A stretch of 64,000 nt of DNA from Candidatus Latescibacterota bacterium (GTDB lineage: Bacteria; Latescibacterota; UBA2968; UBA8231), in contig CBDCXV010000002.1 of the NCBI GenBank assembly GCA_965223905.1, positions 384,001 to 448,000 on the forward strand, given 5' to 3'. Position 1 is the first letter of the stretch, and the number at the start of each line of letters is the position of its first letter. The notes beneath the pieces are model-generated. The model was not told the origin of the DNA and made no database searches. It saw only the letters and a list, made by a program, of their open reading frames with translations. Both the position numbers and the translations under genes were made by a program. Positions 22,213 to 31,072 of the stretch are shown here, one piece after another.

Positions 22213-22333
22213 CGAATCGCGCCCAGCTTGCGCCGCAGCTTGATCGGCTCCTCCGAATGCTGGCTCGGCGCGAGGTTCAACGCCTTGCGGCCTTCGTATA
22301 CAGCTTCGGCAAGTCGTCCTTGTCGGTATATTC
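22213..22333 (-). pseudogene. Remnant of abortive-infection (Abi_C-like) gene
   Basis: Frameshifted EYTDKDDLPKLY...LNLAPSQHSEE...LRRKLG. Confidence 0.45.
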
Positions 22334-22347
22334 CGGGGAGAGATTGT

Positions 22348-22833
22348 TCAATTCGCAACTTTTTGGTCTACATAGACGAATTTGAACCATATATCGTCCA
22401 GGTGACTGAAGTCTGTATCTGTTGACAGGAGTGCAGCCCGGCTTACGTGAGCTGTCGCGGCGATCCAGAGATCATTTTGTTTCATCGGCACAGCCGGCGT
22501 TGGCGGTGGGGCATTTTGAGGAGAAGTCACAGGCTTACCGTGGGTCCAGGCGTCAATCCGAGCGTACGCGTCCAATATCGTTCGTCTGCTGATGTCAAGC
22601 GTCGGCACTTCGTTAAGAATTTGCTCAAGGTGGGTTCTTCTGGTGCCGCCCCAACCATTCTTCTCCGCAAGCGCGAGAATTTCTCCTTGGCAGATAACGG
22701 AGGTAAAGACCATTGTTTCCGGATCTCCGAGATTGAATTCTGCGCGAGTCTGGATAGCCCACGGTGCTTCTCGGGTGAAACCGAGCAACAGGTTCGTGTC
22801 CAGGAGGAAACGTGTCATAACCAGATCGTTCAA
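22348..22833 (-). CDS. vapC: PIN-domain (VapC-like) ribonuclease
   Basis: LLDTN, GE, NDLWIAATA, TDTDF acidic tetrad. Confidence 0.9.
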   Translation of the reverse strand: MNDLVMTRFLLDTNLLLGFTREAPWAIQTRAEFNLGDPETMVFTSVICQGEILALAEKNGWGGTRRTHLEQILNEVPTLDISRRTILDAYARIDAWTHGKPVTSPQNAPPPTPAVPMKQNDLWIAATAHVSRAALLSTDTDFSHLDDIWFKFVYVDQKVAN

Positions 22834-23783
22834 TCGAGCTGGGCTAGGAGATCCGCGATGGGTTCATCGCCAGGCCACGCGCCCGCAAGCTCAATAGGGT
22901 CGAAGGCCCCGGCTTGCTTGCGTTGTACCGGGAATAGGTCATGCGATTTCTGAATCTCTACCGATGGCATTTCCTCGAAAACGCTATCTCCTTCCAGCTG
23001 ACTACTGATCCGGCGAGCCTCGATGAATCGCGGCTCGCCATTGGCCTTGAAATGCACCATCCCCTCGACGGTGGTCTGCTTGCCCCATAGAGGACGTAAG
23101 GTCTCCAGGCTCAATGACGCAGTGTCCAGCCGTCCAAAGAGCGCTGACTTCCGGCTTACCAAAAGGCGGAAGCGGCCGTTGCCGTGTTTGATCTCGTCGA
23201 GCCTGCCACTTACGACGAAAGATCTTGGGGCCGGGATGTCATTCAACCGCTCTTTGATGTATTCGCAAGTACTGTCGTCCAGCACGAATCGTCCATGGGC
23301 CGTACTCTGAGGGATCATTTCATAGCGCACACCGGCAACTCCAGCCGCTTTCCCGAACTTGAGAATCGCCTCGAGAACCGAACTATCGAAATAGTCTCCA
23401 ACTGGATCGTCGGTCTGGGTCTCGTTGACCGCTTGGGCGGCTAGATCAAGTGCCGTGTCGTTCAGGCTGGGCTGCATGCTCCATGAGTCTGCTTGGGTAA
23501 ACTGTTCGCAGGCAGTCTCACTAAGCTGGGGAGCTTCCACGTCAAAAATCGTGGATCCGGATTTCAATCCAGTTACCGTGAAGTCTATGGTAGAGTCCAG
23601 CCAGTGAGGTCTCGCCCCCTTCCCGCTACCCGCGCCAGTAGCGAGCAAGCGGGTGGTCCGCTCTGCCGTCGTGAGGAGGGCGTCCAGAACACGCCGGAGA
23701 GTCGCCATCTTGATCTGACCTCCGTTTTCTCTCAGACCGCTGACGCAGAGTTGGTAGCGTTGTGTTTTCATGGCAGGGCTCAC
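22830..23783 (-). CDS. Hypothetical protein orf317 (putative antitoxin/sensor partner of PIN)
   Basis: ATGA-coupled to hsdS and PIN; acidic tail GAWPGDEPIADLL. Confidence 0.7.
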   Translation of the reverse strand: MSPAMKTQRYQLCVSGLRENGGQIKMATLRRVLDALLTTAERTTRLLATGAGSGKGARPHWLDSTIDFTVTGLKSGSTIFDVEAPQLSETACEQFTQADSWSMQPSLNDTALDLAAQAVNETQTDDPVGDYFDSSVLEAILKFGKAAGVAGVRYEMIPQSTAHGRFVLDDSTCEYIKERLNDIPAPRSFVVSGRLDEIKHGNGRFRLLVSRKSALFGRLDTASLSLETLRPLWGKQTTVEGMVHFKANGEPRFIEARRISSQLEGDSVFEEMPSVEIQKSHDLFPVQRKQAGAFDPIELAGAWPGDEPIADLLAQLD

Positions 23784-25105
23784 TTTCCTGAGTTGCTGAG
23801 CGATGGCGCATGTTGCACAGCTTCGCCGTTTCTCATCTCGATCTTGCCAGTAACAGCAGCCGCGATGAGGGCGGCGCGGCGCTCCTTGAGGAGAGCAACC
23901 GTGCTTTCCGTCGATTCCCTCAGTTCCTCGAGTCTCTTCGCCTCGAATGCAATTTGCTCGACAATCTCCGCCTGCTCTTGGACGGGAGGCAATGGAACTT
24001 CAATGTCGCGGAAGCCTGTCCAATAGAGACGCAACCTATCCCACACGATTCCGTGGGAGTGCCGCGCACACTCCGCACTGAAAGCAGCAGTTTGAAAGAG
24101 TCTTTTTGCGTACGCTGAAGACAAAAGCCCGACGGGTTCCGCAACCACATAGTCCGGACTCACTAGGCCGTCCTCAGGGGCTATGCCAACTGCCCCTTGC
24201 CACATCCGCATCTTGTTGAACACCACATCACCTTGGCGAGCAACTTTATACGTGTTGAAATCGGCTGCTGTGCTCTCGATTCGTTCCTCGGAAAATTCAC
24301 GCAAGATGACACCATGGTTGATCGAAACTTCCAACAGTGGAAGATCCGGCTCCCCTCGTTCGTCACGCTCGCTGAATAGCCAGGCTACCCGCCGCGTCTT
24401 CCAATGTGCAGGAATCACACCAAGCCAGGGGATGCCGGAATCGCGGAGCGGCAGGGCAGGGTCGAGGCCACAGGTAACGGCACGGGTTATGAGAGCACGG
24501 CGCTTCTCGGCCAGCAGGTCCAGCAACTGCTCCTTCTCTGCTACCAGTTCATCCAGCCGCGCCGTCTCGTGGTCGAGGTAGTCGGCGATGGCGCGTTGCC
24601 TAGAAAGCGGAGGCACAGGAAGCATCACAGTGCCAATTTCAGACTTCGGTAATCCGAAGCGGGTGACACCATTAGCCGCCAATTCTAGTTGCACTTGGAT
24701 CGGTTTCGCCTGTAGGCATCGAAAAAGGAACGCGCCCGCCAACTGGTGGCAATGGGGGCGAAGAAGCGCGAGGTGATAACCGCACACAAGGTCGTCGGCT
24801 GTTTCCCGGACAAGCGCGGGGACACCTATATCATCCCATGATTCTGAATCCTTCGTGATGACAACATCGCCTGCTTGTAAGCCGAACTTCTCGATCTCGT
24901 CCTCGGTCGCTGTTGCCTGCATGAAGTCGAGGCTCATAGAAATGAAATCGTTGTTGTAAACGTCCTTGTAATTGCACAGTCGAACCGGTATTTCGTGGTC
25001 AACCGACAATTTGTCGACGTTGCTCACCACATAATCAGTCGTCGCCCGAAGCGGCTTCACCTGCCACGACTCAGGCAGTGATTTGACCCAAGCTAGGTGC
25101 CTCAC
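23780..25105 (-). CDS. hsdS: Type I R-M specificity subunit
   Basis: Two TRDs; PPL..Q.AIA and DSGIPWLG.IP.HW spacers; ALIAAAVTGK. Confidence 0.93.
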   Translation of the reverse strand: MRHLAWVKSLPESWQVKPLRATTDYVVSNVDKLSVDHEIPVRLCNYKDVYNNDFISMSLDFMQATATEDEIEKFGLQAGDVVITKDSESWDDIGVPALVRETADDLVCGYHLALLRPHCHQLAGAFLFRCLQAKPIQVQLELAANGVTRFGLPKSEIGTVMLPVPPLSRQRAIADYLDHETARLDELVAEKEQLLDLLAEKRRALITRAVTCGLDPALPLRDSGIPWLGVIPAHWKTRRVAWLFSERDERGEPDLPLLEVSINHGVILREFSEERIESTAADFNTYKVARQGDVVFNKMRMWQGAVGIAPEDGLVSPDYVVAEPVGLLSSAYAKRLFQTAAFSAECARHSHGIVWDRLRLYWTGFRDIEVPLPPVQEQAEIVEQIAFEAKRLEELRESTESTVALLKERRAALIAAAVTGKIEMRNGEAVQHAPSLSNSGK

Positions 25106-25221
25106 GCCGTCACCTCCCGGTACAGTCGCAAAATCGTTTTCTCCACCTTCTTCAAATCCCCATCGGCCTGGAGATCAGGCCTCGTCGAGATCGCTGGTCG
25201 TTTACTTCGATCGTACACCAT
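25102..25221 (-). CDS. 39-aa mini-ORF ending in a copy of the HsdM C-terminus
   Basis: MVYDRSKRPAISTRPDLQADGDLKKVEKTILRLYREVTA; overlaps the orf125 stop (TGATG) and the hsdS start (GTGA). Confidence 0.55.
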   Translation of the reverse strand: MVYDRSKRPAISTRPDLQADGDLKKVEKTILRLYREVTA

Positions 25222-25598
25222 CAGGCAGGGTCCACGCGATACTGCCAGCCGCGAAGCACCGCGGCACGCGTCAAGTATTTCGCCTTCGTCTTGATGTCCG
25301 CGTTGGAGCAGTCGCGGAAGTCAATCACTACGTGTTCTTGAAACGGCTCCGGATCACACGTTACAGGCAGCTCCTGTTGCCAGCATTCTGCTACGGTCAA
25401 GGCCATGACGCCAACCGATGTCAGTCTCAATTGTTGGGTGTAGTGGCGATACGCCTGCTGAGCCGTCATCCGGTCTCCGTCGTAAACGGACAGTTTCTTT
25501 TGGTCTTTTGCGGTCGGCTTGAACGCCTGGGAGGTGATCCTTCCTTCTCGAATCCAACCTGGGTTCACCTGTCGGAGCAGCAAGATATCCAGTGTCAT
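25221..25598 (-). CDS. Hypothetical protein orf125 (possible ART/RES-like toxin fold)
   Basis: ATGA-coupled to upstream gene; LLRQV..AF.P..LSV...EH pattern. Confidence 0.65.
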   Translation of the reverse strand: MTLDILLLRQVNPGWIREGRITSQAFKPTAKDQKKLSVYDGDRMTAQQAYRHYTQQLRLTSVGVMALTVAECWQQELPVTCDPEPFQEHVVIDFRDCSNADIKTKAKYLTRAAVLRGWQYRVDPA

Positions 25599-26014
25599 AC
25601 ACGGCCTGCAGTCATGGCTTCGATCTGGTCGACCATCCACTTCCAGTCATCGCCATCGTCACAATTCAACGTGCGCTCGGAAGCGACGTTGGACACCATG
25701 TTGAGCGTGTGCCATTCGCCGGAACGGGTTTCGAGATTCACATCGAACGTGACCTCGTTCGGGCCGAGGGACCACTCAGCCTGAACGCCTCCCGATTCCG
25801 TTGGGTAGAGGTGCGGCAAGGGCGCCTCATCGGAAAAGTGCCGGTCGAAGGCGCCGTTCAGCCAATCGAGGCCCGCGCCTGGTGGGGCAAGCCCCTCTCC
25901 TTCGAGCCAGCCGTTTTGCAATAGTCGCAGTTCGTCGAGTTGCGCGCCGACATCCAAAGTGTCGAGAATGCTCAGATGTTCGATCGTATCGAAGCCGATA
26001 AACTGACCAGCGCG
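25595..26014 (-). pseudogene. 3' part of orf375, cut off by the transposon
   Basis: Joins 36752-37459 in frame (GIGRFS|RAGQFIG) once the element and one TSD copy are removed. Confidence 0.9.
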
Positions 26015-26022
26015 GCTGAAAC
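26015..26022 (+). repeat. 8-bp target-site duplication GCTGAAAC (left)
   Basis: Identical to 36752-36759. Confidence 0.95.
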
Positions 26023-26110
26023 GGGACCTACCCATATAACAACGCAAAAATCTCCGAAAAAGGCCCCAATCGCTGTTCTACGAGAAATAATACCGAAGGA
26101 TTTTCAGTAG
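26023..26110 (+). repeat. Left terminal inverted repeat (88 bp)
   Basis: 74/88 identical to the reverse complement of 36664-36751; first 8 bp and last 36 bp perfect. Confidence 0.92.
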
Positions 26111-26133
26111 GCGGCGGAAGGGAGTTGAGTGTC

Positions 26134-26454
26134 TTAGGCGTAACTCGGAGGCTCTATAGGAGGAATTTCAGAAACGGGTATTTCCTTGCCTGATACAGCA
26201 GAAATAAGGGTTTCTCCAGTCTCCGTAGGGCAAACAAATATATCATACCTGATCGTCATAATGTGAACTTCAGCCATGTTTTCACACGCCTTTTTGATTT
26301 CACCAAGACGATATTTTCCATCCAAAGCCGAATATAATGATTGGTACGATAAGCCGTATCCTGCCCTACGTGTCGCATCAAAGCGGGGATAGGCGGTAAG
26401 AATTTCTCGATAAATTTCGGGTAAACTATTAATGTATTTCTCACTTATAGGCAT
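26134..26454 (-). CDS. Hypothetical protein, possibly winged-helix, coupled to the TIR-domain gene
   Basis: 106-aa ORF with TAATG overlap. Confidence 0.65.
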   Translation of the reverse strand: MPISEKYINSLPEIYREILTAYPRFDATRRAGYGLSYQSLYSALDGKYRLGEIKKACENMAEVHIMTIRYDIFVCPTETGETLISAVSGKEIPVSEIPPIEPPSYA

Positions 26455-27089
26455 TAGTCTATCCTTTCCCGAAGGGGCGGGTCAGCACACATAACCCTTG
26501 AAAGAAGGTTTTTCTCTTCCCTGAGTGCAGATTTGAAAGATGGGTCGATTTGAATTTGTTCTGCTAAGGATAATCCACGAATTTCTTCCTGCCTAATGAA
26601 ACTTTTAATCTCTGAAGTTGCCCAGCTCGTTGCCTTGTCGTCTACTTCTCCAGGGGAGTAAAACTTTCCCCGTTGGATTAGCGGTCCCCATGCCGATCTA
26701 TGTAGGATACAATGTGATTGGGGAACGAAAAATAATGGGAATTGAATGTTACATAATTCTAAATCGTATTGTAAGAATCTTTTCTGAAGCAAATCGGCAT
26801 AAGCAGTTTCAATACTGTTCCATCCCCGTCCTTGTAAGAGGAATTCTTCCGTAATAAAATAAACTACATGTCGGCAAAGTACAATTCCCTCTCGAAGCGC
26901 CGAAAAGGAATCTCGACCACGGGGATAATGATGTCGGTCAAGCCACGGGAAATACTGATCCTCCTCTAATAAATTGTATACAGGTTGTATAAGAGAAGTA
27001 CGATCTTCAGCACAATGCGATAGAAATACATGGTGAGTGCATCGTGGTAAATAACGGATATTCCATGTGCCTATCATTCTCCCATCCAT
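26454..27089 (-). CDS. TIR-domain protein
   Basis: VFLSH..ED, WLD, I..C..VV.FIT..F and W...E (catalytic Glu position). Confidence 0.8.
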   Translation of the reverse strand: MDGRMIGTWNIRYLPRCTHHVFLSHCAEDRTSLIQPVYNLLEEDQYFPWLDRHHYPRGRDSFSALREGIVLCRHVVYFITEEFLLQGRGWNSIETAYADLLQKRFLQYDLELCNIQFPLFFVPQSHCILHRSAWGPLIQRGKFYSPGEVDDKATSWATSEIKSFIRQEEIRGLSLAEQIQIDPSFKSALREEKNLLSRVMCADPPLRERID

Positions 27090-27105
27090 CCTTTCGTAAT
27101 TCAGG

Positions 27106-27132
27106 TGTGGTATAACACTATGTTATACCACA
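27106..27132. promoter_or_regulatory. Palindrome TGTGGTATAACA-cta-TGTTATACCACA (extended -10-like on both strands)
   Basis: 12-bp arms; near-identical copy at 29811-29834. Confidence 0.6.
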
Positions 27133-27165
27133 TCCCATACATGGTAGTTAATATACCCTTTTGTG

Positions 27166-27891
27166 TCATTGCTTCTCTCCCTTTTCAGTAAGACTGTTTT
27201 TCATATCGATTATTTCCTGTCTCCGGTCATTACGGACCGCAGGAATAACATATATCTCATGCAAAATTTCTTTGATAGCAGATAATATGATTCTAAGATA
27301 ATCCGCCTTCCATCCATCGAGTGCATTTTCATGCACCTTGGAACTGGTTATTTCATGGATCGATAAAAGAGTGTCGAAGTAGGTAGAATCTACTTCCTTC
27401 CGTATCGACTTTAGTGACTTGATTTTCTCCTCATAGGAAGTGCCGGTTGCCTTTTCCTTTTTCCCAAGTTCGTAAATGAGTTTCCGCGCACAAGCTGATC
27501 CACCAGTCAAATGATTGCCATTCAGGCAGCTTTCTGCCTCAGTAAGTAGTTCTCTTAGGACACGAGGAATCCGGTTGTCTAAAGCGAAGAATGACGTTGG
27601 AACGGAATGGAATATGGCATTATCTATTAATCCATTGAACTTTTTGTTGAATTCATCACGATACGGTAAATTATTATATATCTCATATACATCATAATAT
27701 GATAAATGCATTGATATTTTTTCGCAAGAACTGCATTTAATAAAAAATGCTTGACATTCTCTCTTATTATCCCAGTTAAACGTAACTATATTGTGCGTTC
27801 TATATCTCACATTTTTTCTGTTACAGAAAGGACAATTGTAAGTCTCTTCGTCTACGAAATATCGCTCATCTAAGTGTGATTGATCGGACAT
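27166..27891 (-). CDS. Zn-ribbon + DUF4145 (HEPN-like) protein
   Basis: CPFC/CSSC; EA..C.....G..C.RK; S..VH motif. Confidence 0.65.
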   Translation of the reverse strand: MSDQSHLDERYFVDEETYNCPFCNRKNVRYRTHNIVTFNWDNKRECQAFFIKCSSCEKISMHLSYYDVYEIYNNLPYRDEFNKKFNGLIDNAIFHSVPTSFFALDNRIPRVLRELLTEAESCLNGNHLTGGSACARKLIYELGKKEKATGTSYEEKIKSLKSIRKEVDSTYFDTLLSIHEITSSKVHENALDGWKADYLRIILSAIKEILHEIYVIPAVRNDRRQEIIDMKNSLTEKGEKQ

Positions 27892-28053
27892 AGTTCCCCC
27901 TTACAGGACCTATAGTTCATTGGCAGTGTGTTCATTTGAAGCGTCATCATGACGTCCCTCCTAATATAACCTCTCCCTAAGTATTCGTACAAACCTTAGC
28001 TGCTCACCTTCTCCAGGAATTCTTCCCTATACTTCGCTTTCATGTTCTGTCTC

Positions 28054-28644
28054 CTAAGGAATTCTTAGGACCATACCAGTGCCCGTGAACATATCATCAT
28101 TCAGTCCGAATCCGGCCCGAATGTCCCACTGGAGATTTTCCGCCAGCAGCCAAGTGAGCCCCCCGTTGATATAGTGCTCAGTCTCCCGATACCACTCGGC
28201 ATACAGACCAATAGGGGCGCTAACCTTCATTCCTACCGCGATTGATTGAGCCCACCCCGTTCCCCGATTCACCTGTGAACTGCCTGCCAAGGATACCCTG
28301 TCGGTAAGGTCCCAACTGTAGACGAGATTCACTCCTGGTGAAGTGGGCAGGGTTATCTGTGGGATTACAGCGATGCCCGGAGTAAGGGCCAGCTTCATAC
28401 CCAGGTAGATATCCTCTGTCCTGCCAAGTCGGAGCTCCAACCAATCGGCCAGCACCCCGGCGCGAAGAAGGGGTTCTCCGAGGGAATGAGCCCAATCCCC
28501 GTCATGTGTGGCGGTGTATCCAAGCTCAATCTGTAGGATATTTCTACCGACAGCTTCTGCTGCTTCCGTGAAGTCCGGGCGATCTCCTACAAGCGGCTGT
28601 GCATACACTCCCCCTGCTGCTAATATCAGTAGTAATATCTTCAT
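28054..28644 (-). CDS. Putative outer-membrane beta-barrel (MetA-pathway/'transporter'-like family)
   Basis: Signal peptide, DRPDFTE motif, alternating beta-strand pattern. Confidence 0.6.
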   Translation of the reverse strand: MKILLLILAAGGVYAQPLVGDRPDFTEAAEAVGRNILQIELGYTATHDGDWAHSLGEPLLRAGVLADWLELRLGRTEDIYLGMKLALTPGIAVIPQITLPTSPGVNLVYSWDLTDRVSLAGSSQVNRGTGWAQSIAVGMKVSAPIGLYAEWYRETEHYINGGLTWLLAENLQWDIRAGFGLNDDMFTGTGMVLRIP

Positions 28645-28762
28645 CTTCTCCCTTTCAAAAGTATAACATATTCATCTACACTATTTATGCAACAGTCGCC
28701 CCTATTTATGGACTAATGTCACACTTCTGCTATCTTACTGATTTTCAGGAGGATAACAAGGA

Positions 28763-28969
28763 ATGGATATATATAACGATTACACCCCTCGTAACCGCTT
28801 GCGGGATGGATGGCAGGAGGATCTATTCAGCAGATTCGGAAACGCCGGTTTTCCCAGGGAGAACGATGTCGTCAAGGTTGCCCCCAGAACGCTTGAAGCT
28901 TTCCTTCTCGAATACGACAAGCGTGTTAAGGTGCTCCTCGATGAGCGAAAGAGAATTCGCAATCTCTAA
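28763..28969 (+). CDS. Small protein with TPRNRLxDGWQEDL motif (copy A)
   Basis: RBS AGGAGG; motif conserved through synonymous changes relative to 36441-36626. Confidence 0.55.
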   Translation: MDIYNDYTPRNRLRDGWQEDLFSRFGNAGFPRENDVVKVAPRTLEAFLLEYDKRVKVLLDERKRIRNL

Positions 28970-29107
28970 GGATACCTCTAACTGTCGAGCTTGCACCCAG
29001 TAAGCAGCTTCCTTTGGACCACCTTTGACCTTTTGAGAGTGGTTTCTAAGTGCTTCTATAGCTTTCCGGTCAAGCTTCTTATTTTTTTCTTCTCTGCTTC
29101 GTGCCAT
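28823..29107 (-). CDS. Hypothetical protein (94 aa)
   Basis: Strong RBS AAGGAGGT upstream. Confidence 0.6.
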   Translation of the reverse strand: MARSREEKNKKLDRKAIEALRNHSQKVKGGPKEAAYWVQARQLEVSLEIANSLSLIEEHLNTLVVFEKESFKRSGGNLDDIVLPGKTGVSESAE

Positions 29108-29195
29108 CCTATTACCTCCTTTGAGGGGTATAATAGGGAAGGAAAATCAGAAAAGCAAGGTGATATAACGTAGCGTTACACCACCCTACCCTTCC

Positions 29196-29732
29196 TTACG
29201 GACAGATATCGTCGTTTCCGTCCTGGACAACTGTCGGGGTATCAGCAGCTCCCGATTCTGCATGCGGAACCCAGCCGGTGAATCCAGGAGTAGCGGCCAG
29301 ACGGACATCCCGCACTTCCCCAGGGGCAAGGTCAGCCCGAGGGGTAGGTCCAAGCTCGATACCGTTGCTAAGGTGCACTTCAACACGAACGTCACGTATG
29401 ACGGCATCAGTGACGTTCTCAACGGTCCCGACAAATGCCTCTTCGTCAGGGTCCCAAATCATGAACAGATAGACACCGTTACGAAGACCATCATATCCCT
29501 CGTCAAGGGCAAGCTCCAGTCCGCTTTCCTCTCCGACGCCTGGCCCGCCTTCGCCACCTTCGCCGGAGTGCTCCCCACCCTCCCCACCTTCTCCACCTTC
29601 ACCGCCTTCTCCGGAATGCTCTCCTTCCTGGAGGATCTTACCAGAATCGCAAAGGTCGTGCGTCGTTGACGACATTGGCTGCTCTGAACATCCCCAAATC
29701 GTCATAAGTGCAACTGCGAGAATGACATACAT
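29196..29732 (-). CDS. Lipoprotein with Gly/Glu/His low-complexity repeat and Ig-like domain
   Basis: Lipobox IWGC; EGGEGGEGGEHSGEGGE; G.VEN...VRVEV...L.PGE. Confidence 0.65.
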   Translation of the reverse strand: MYVILAVALMTIWGCSEQPMSSTTHDLCDSGKILQEGEHSGEGGEGGEGGEGGEHSGEGGEGGPGVGEESGLELALDEGYDGLRNGVYLFMIWDPDEEAFVGTVENVTDAVIRDVRVEVHLSNGIELGPTPRADLAPGEVRDVRLAATPGFTGWVPHAESGAADTPTVVQDGNDDICP

Positions 29733-29810
29733 GCCAATTCTCCTCTGGTTATGGGGGTTTACAGCATATGACTATTCAGAACTGGACAGGTTCCCTCCTT
29801 TCGTAATTAG

Positions 29811-29834
29811 TGTGGTATAACATGTTATACCACA
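29811..29834. promoter_or_regulatory. Perfect 24-bp palindrome TGTGGTATAACATGTTATACCACA between divergent lipoprotein and transposase genes
   Basis: Seen directly; shares the flank CCTTTCGTAATT with the 27106 copy. Confidence 0.6.
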
Positions 29835-29932
29835 TAACCCGCCTAATTAGCTGAAATTCCGCGAAACTACCCCCGACGCTGGTATAACGCAGTGAAGAAG
29901 GAAAGTTTCTCTCCTAAACCAAGGGGGAAAAT

Positions 29933-30967
29933 ATGGGAGAAAAGCGGTTTTTGGGTAAGTGGAGCGGACGTGGAAAGAAGCGCCGGCAGAAGCGTATTAC
30001 CCTGTTGGAGATAGTGCATATGTTCCCCGATGCCCGCACGGCGGAAAGCTGGTTTGAAGCGTTGCGTTGGGGTGACGGTATGTATTGTCCTCGTTGCGGC
30101 TGTGATGCTGACAGTATATCCGAGTGTCCGCGCCGGCGACCGCAGCCGTATTGGTGTAAGGATTGCCGAAGGCGTTTCAGTGTCCGCACCGGAACGACGT
30201 TAGAAGCGTCTAAGGTCCCACTGCACAAGTGGGCAATAGCGATCTACCTGCACGTTACCAGCACGAAAGGTATCAGCAGTGCCCGCCTTTGCCGGGATCT
30301 TGGGGTAAGGCAGCATACGGCTTGGTTCATGTTGCATCGCATACGGGAAGCATGGAGCGATCAGCCATCGCTACGCAGCAGTGAGGCAGAGATTGACGAG
30401 GCATACTTTGGCGGCAAGGAGAAGAATAAGCATAAGGATAGGCGCCTGGGGCGCCGCTGGATGGATGGCAAGCGTATCGCCGTTGGCATCAAGGACCGCA
30501 AGACTGGCAAGATACGTGCAGAGGTATTACCGCCAGGCTCGGACATTCATGACAACATGCCCCCCAGTATGGACAGGTCCGACGACAGCAGCCTACGGGC
30601 CTTTGTCCGGGACAACCTCCGTATCCGGGGAATCCTCTACAGCGACGGCGCCGAAGCGTATAAGGACTTCCCCTGGCTCGGTAAGCATGTTGCCGTTAGA
30701 CACAGCAAGGGAGAGCATGCCAAACCAAGACGCAAGGGGCGCAAGTTAGTTGCCCACACTAACGGCATAGAATCGTTTTGGGCATCCGTCAAGCGAGCCT
30801 ATCACGGCACCTTCCACCAGATATCCCCGAAGCACCTACAGCGATACCTGGATGAGTTTTGCGCCCGGCACAATATCCGCGATAAGGATACGATAGAGCA
30901 GATGCGGGAGTGTGTGCGGCAGATGTATAACAAGCGGTTGACGTATAAGGATCTTGTTGGCAAGTAA
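29933..30967 (+). CDS. tnpA: IS1595-family (ISXO2-like) DDE transposase 1
   Basis: RW..G..CP.C Zn ribbon, FSVRTGT, EIDEAY, YSDG, HTNGIESFW, KHLQRYL.EF. Confidence 0.95.
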   Translation: MGEKRFLGKWSGRGKKRRQKRITLLEIVHMFPDARTAESWFEALRWGDGMYCPRCGCDADSISECPRRRPQPYWCKDCRRRFSVRTGTTLEASKVPLHKWAIAIYLHVTSTKGISSARLCRDLGVRQHTAWFMLHRIREAWSDQPSLRSSEAEIDEAYFGGKEKNKHKDRRLGRRWMDGKRIAVGIKDRKTGKIRAEVLPPGSDIHDNMPPSMDRSDDSSLRAFVRDNLRIRGILYSDGAEAYKDFPWLGKHVAVRHSKGEHAKPRRKGRKLVAHTNGIESFWASVKRAYHGTFHQISPKHLQRYLDEFCARHNIRDKDTIEQMRECVRQMYNKRLTYKDLVGK

Positions 30968-31017
30968 TTGTTGGTGAACACCAACAATGTTGTGGAGGTA
31001 GATGTTCGTCTTAGTCA

Positions 31018-31050
31018 GATACCCCCGGTGCTTTCCTGGCCGGGGGTATC
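31018..31050. terminator. Hairpin between convergent genes (possible bidirectional terminator)
   Basis: GATACCCCCGG / CCGGGGGTATC 11-bp stem. Confidence 0.6.
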
Positions 31051-31072
31051 ATTATGTCACGCTTGGAGTGGG

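Noticed and set aside
27906-27914. GGACCTAT resembling the TIR tip, as an internal element end
   Set aside because: Match limited to ~8 bp, with no partner repeat or TSD found
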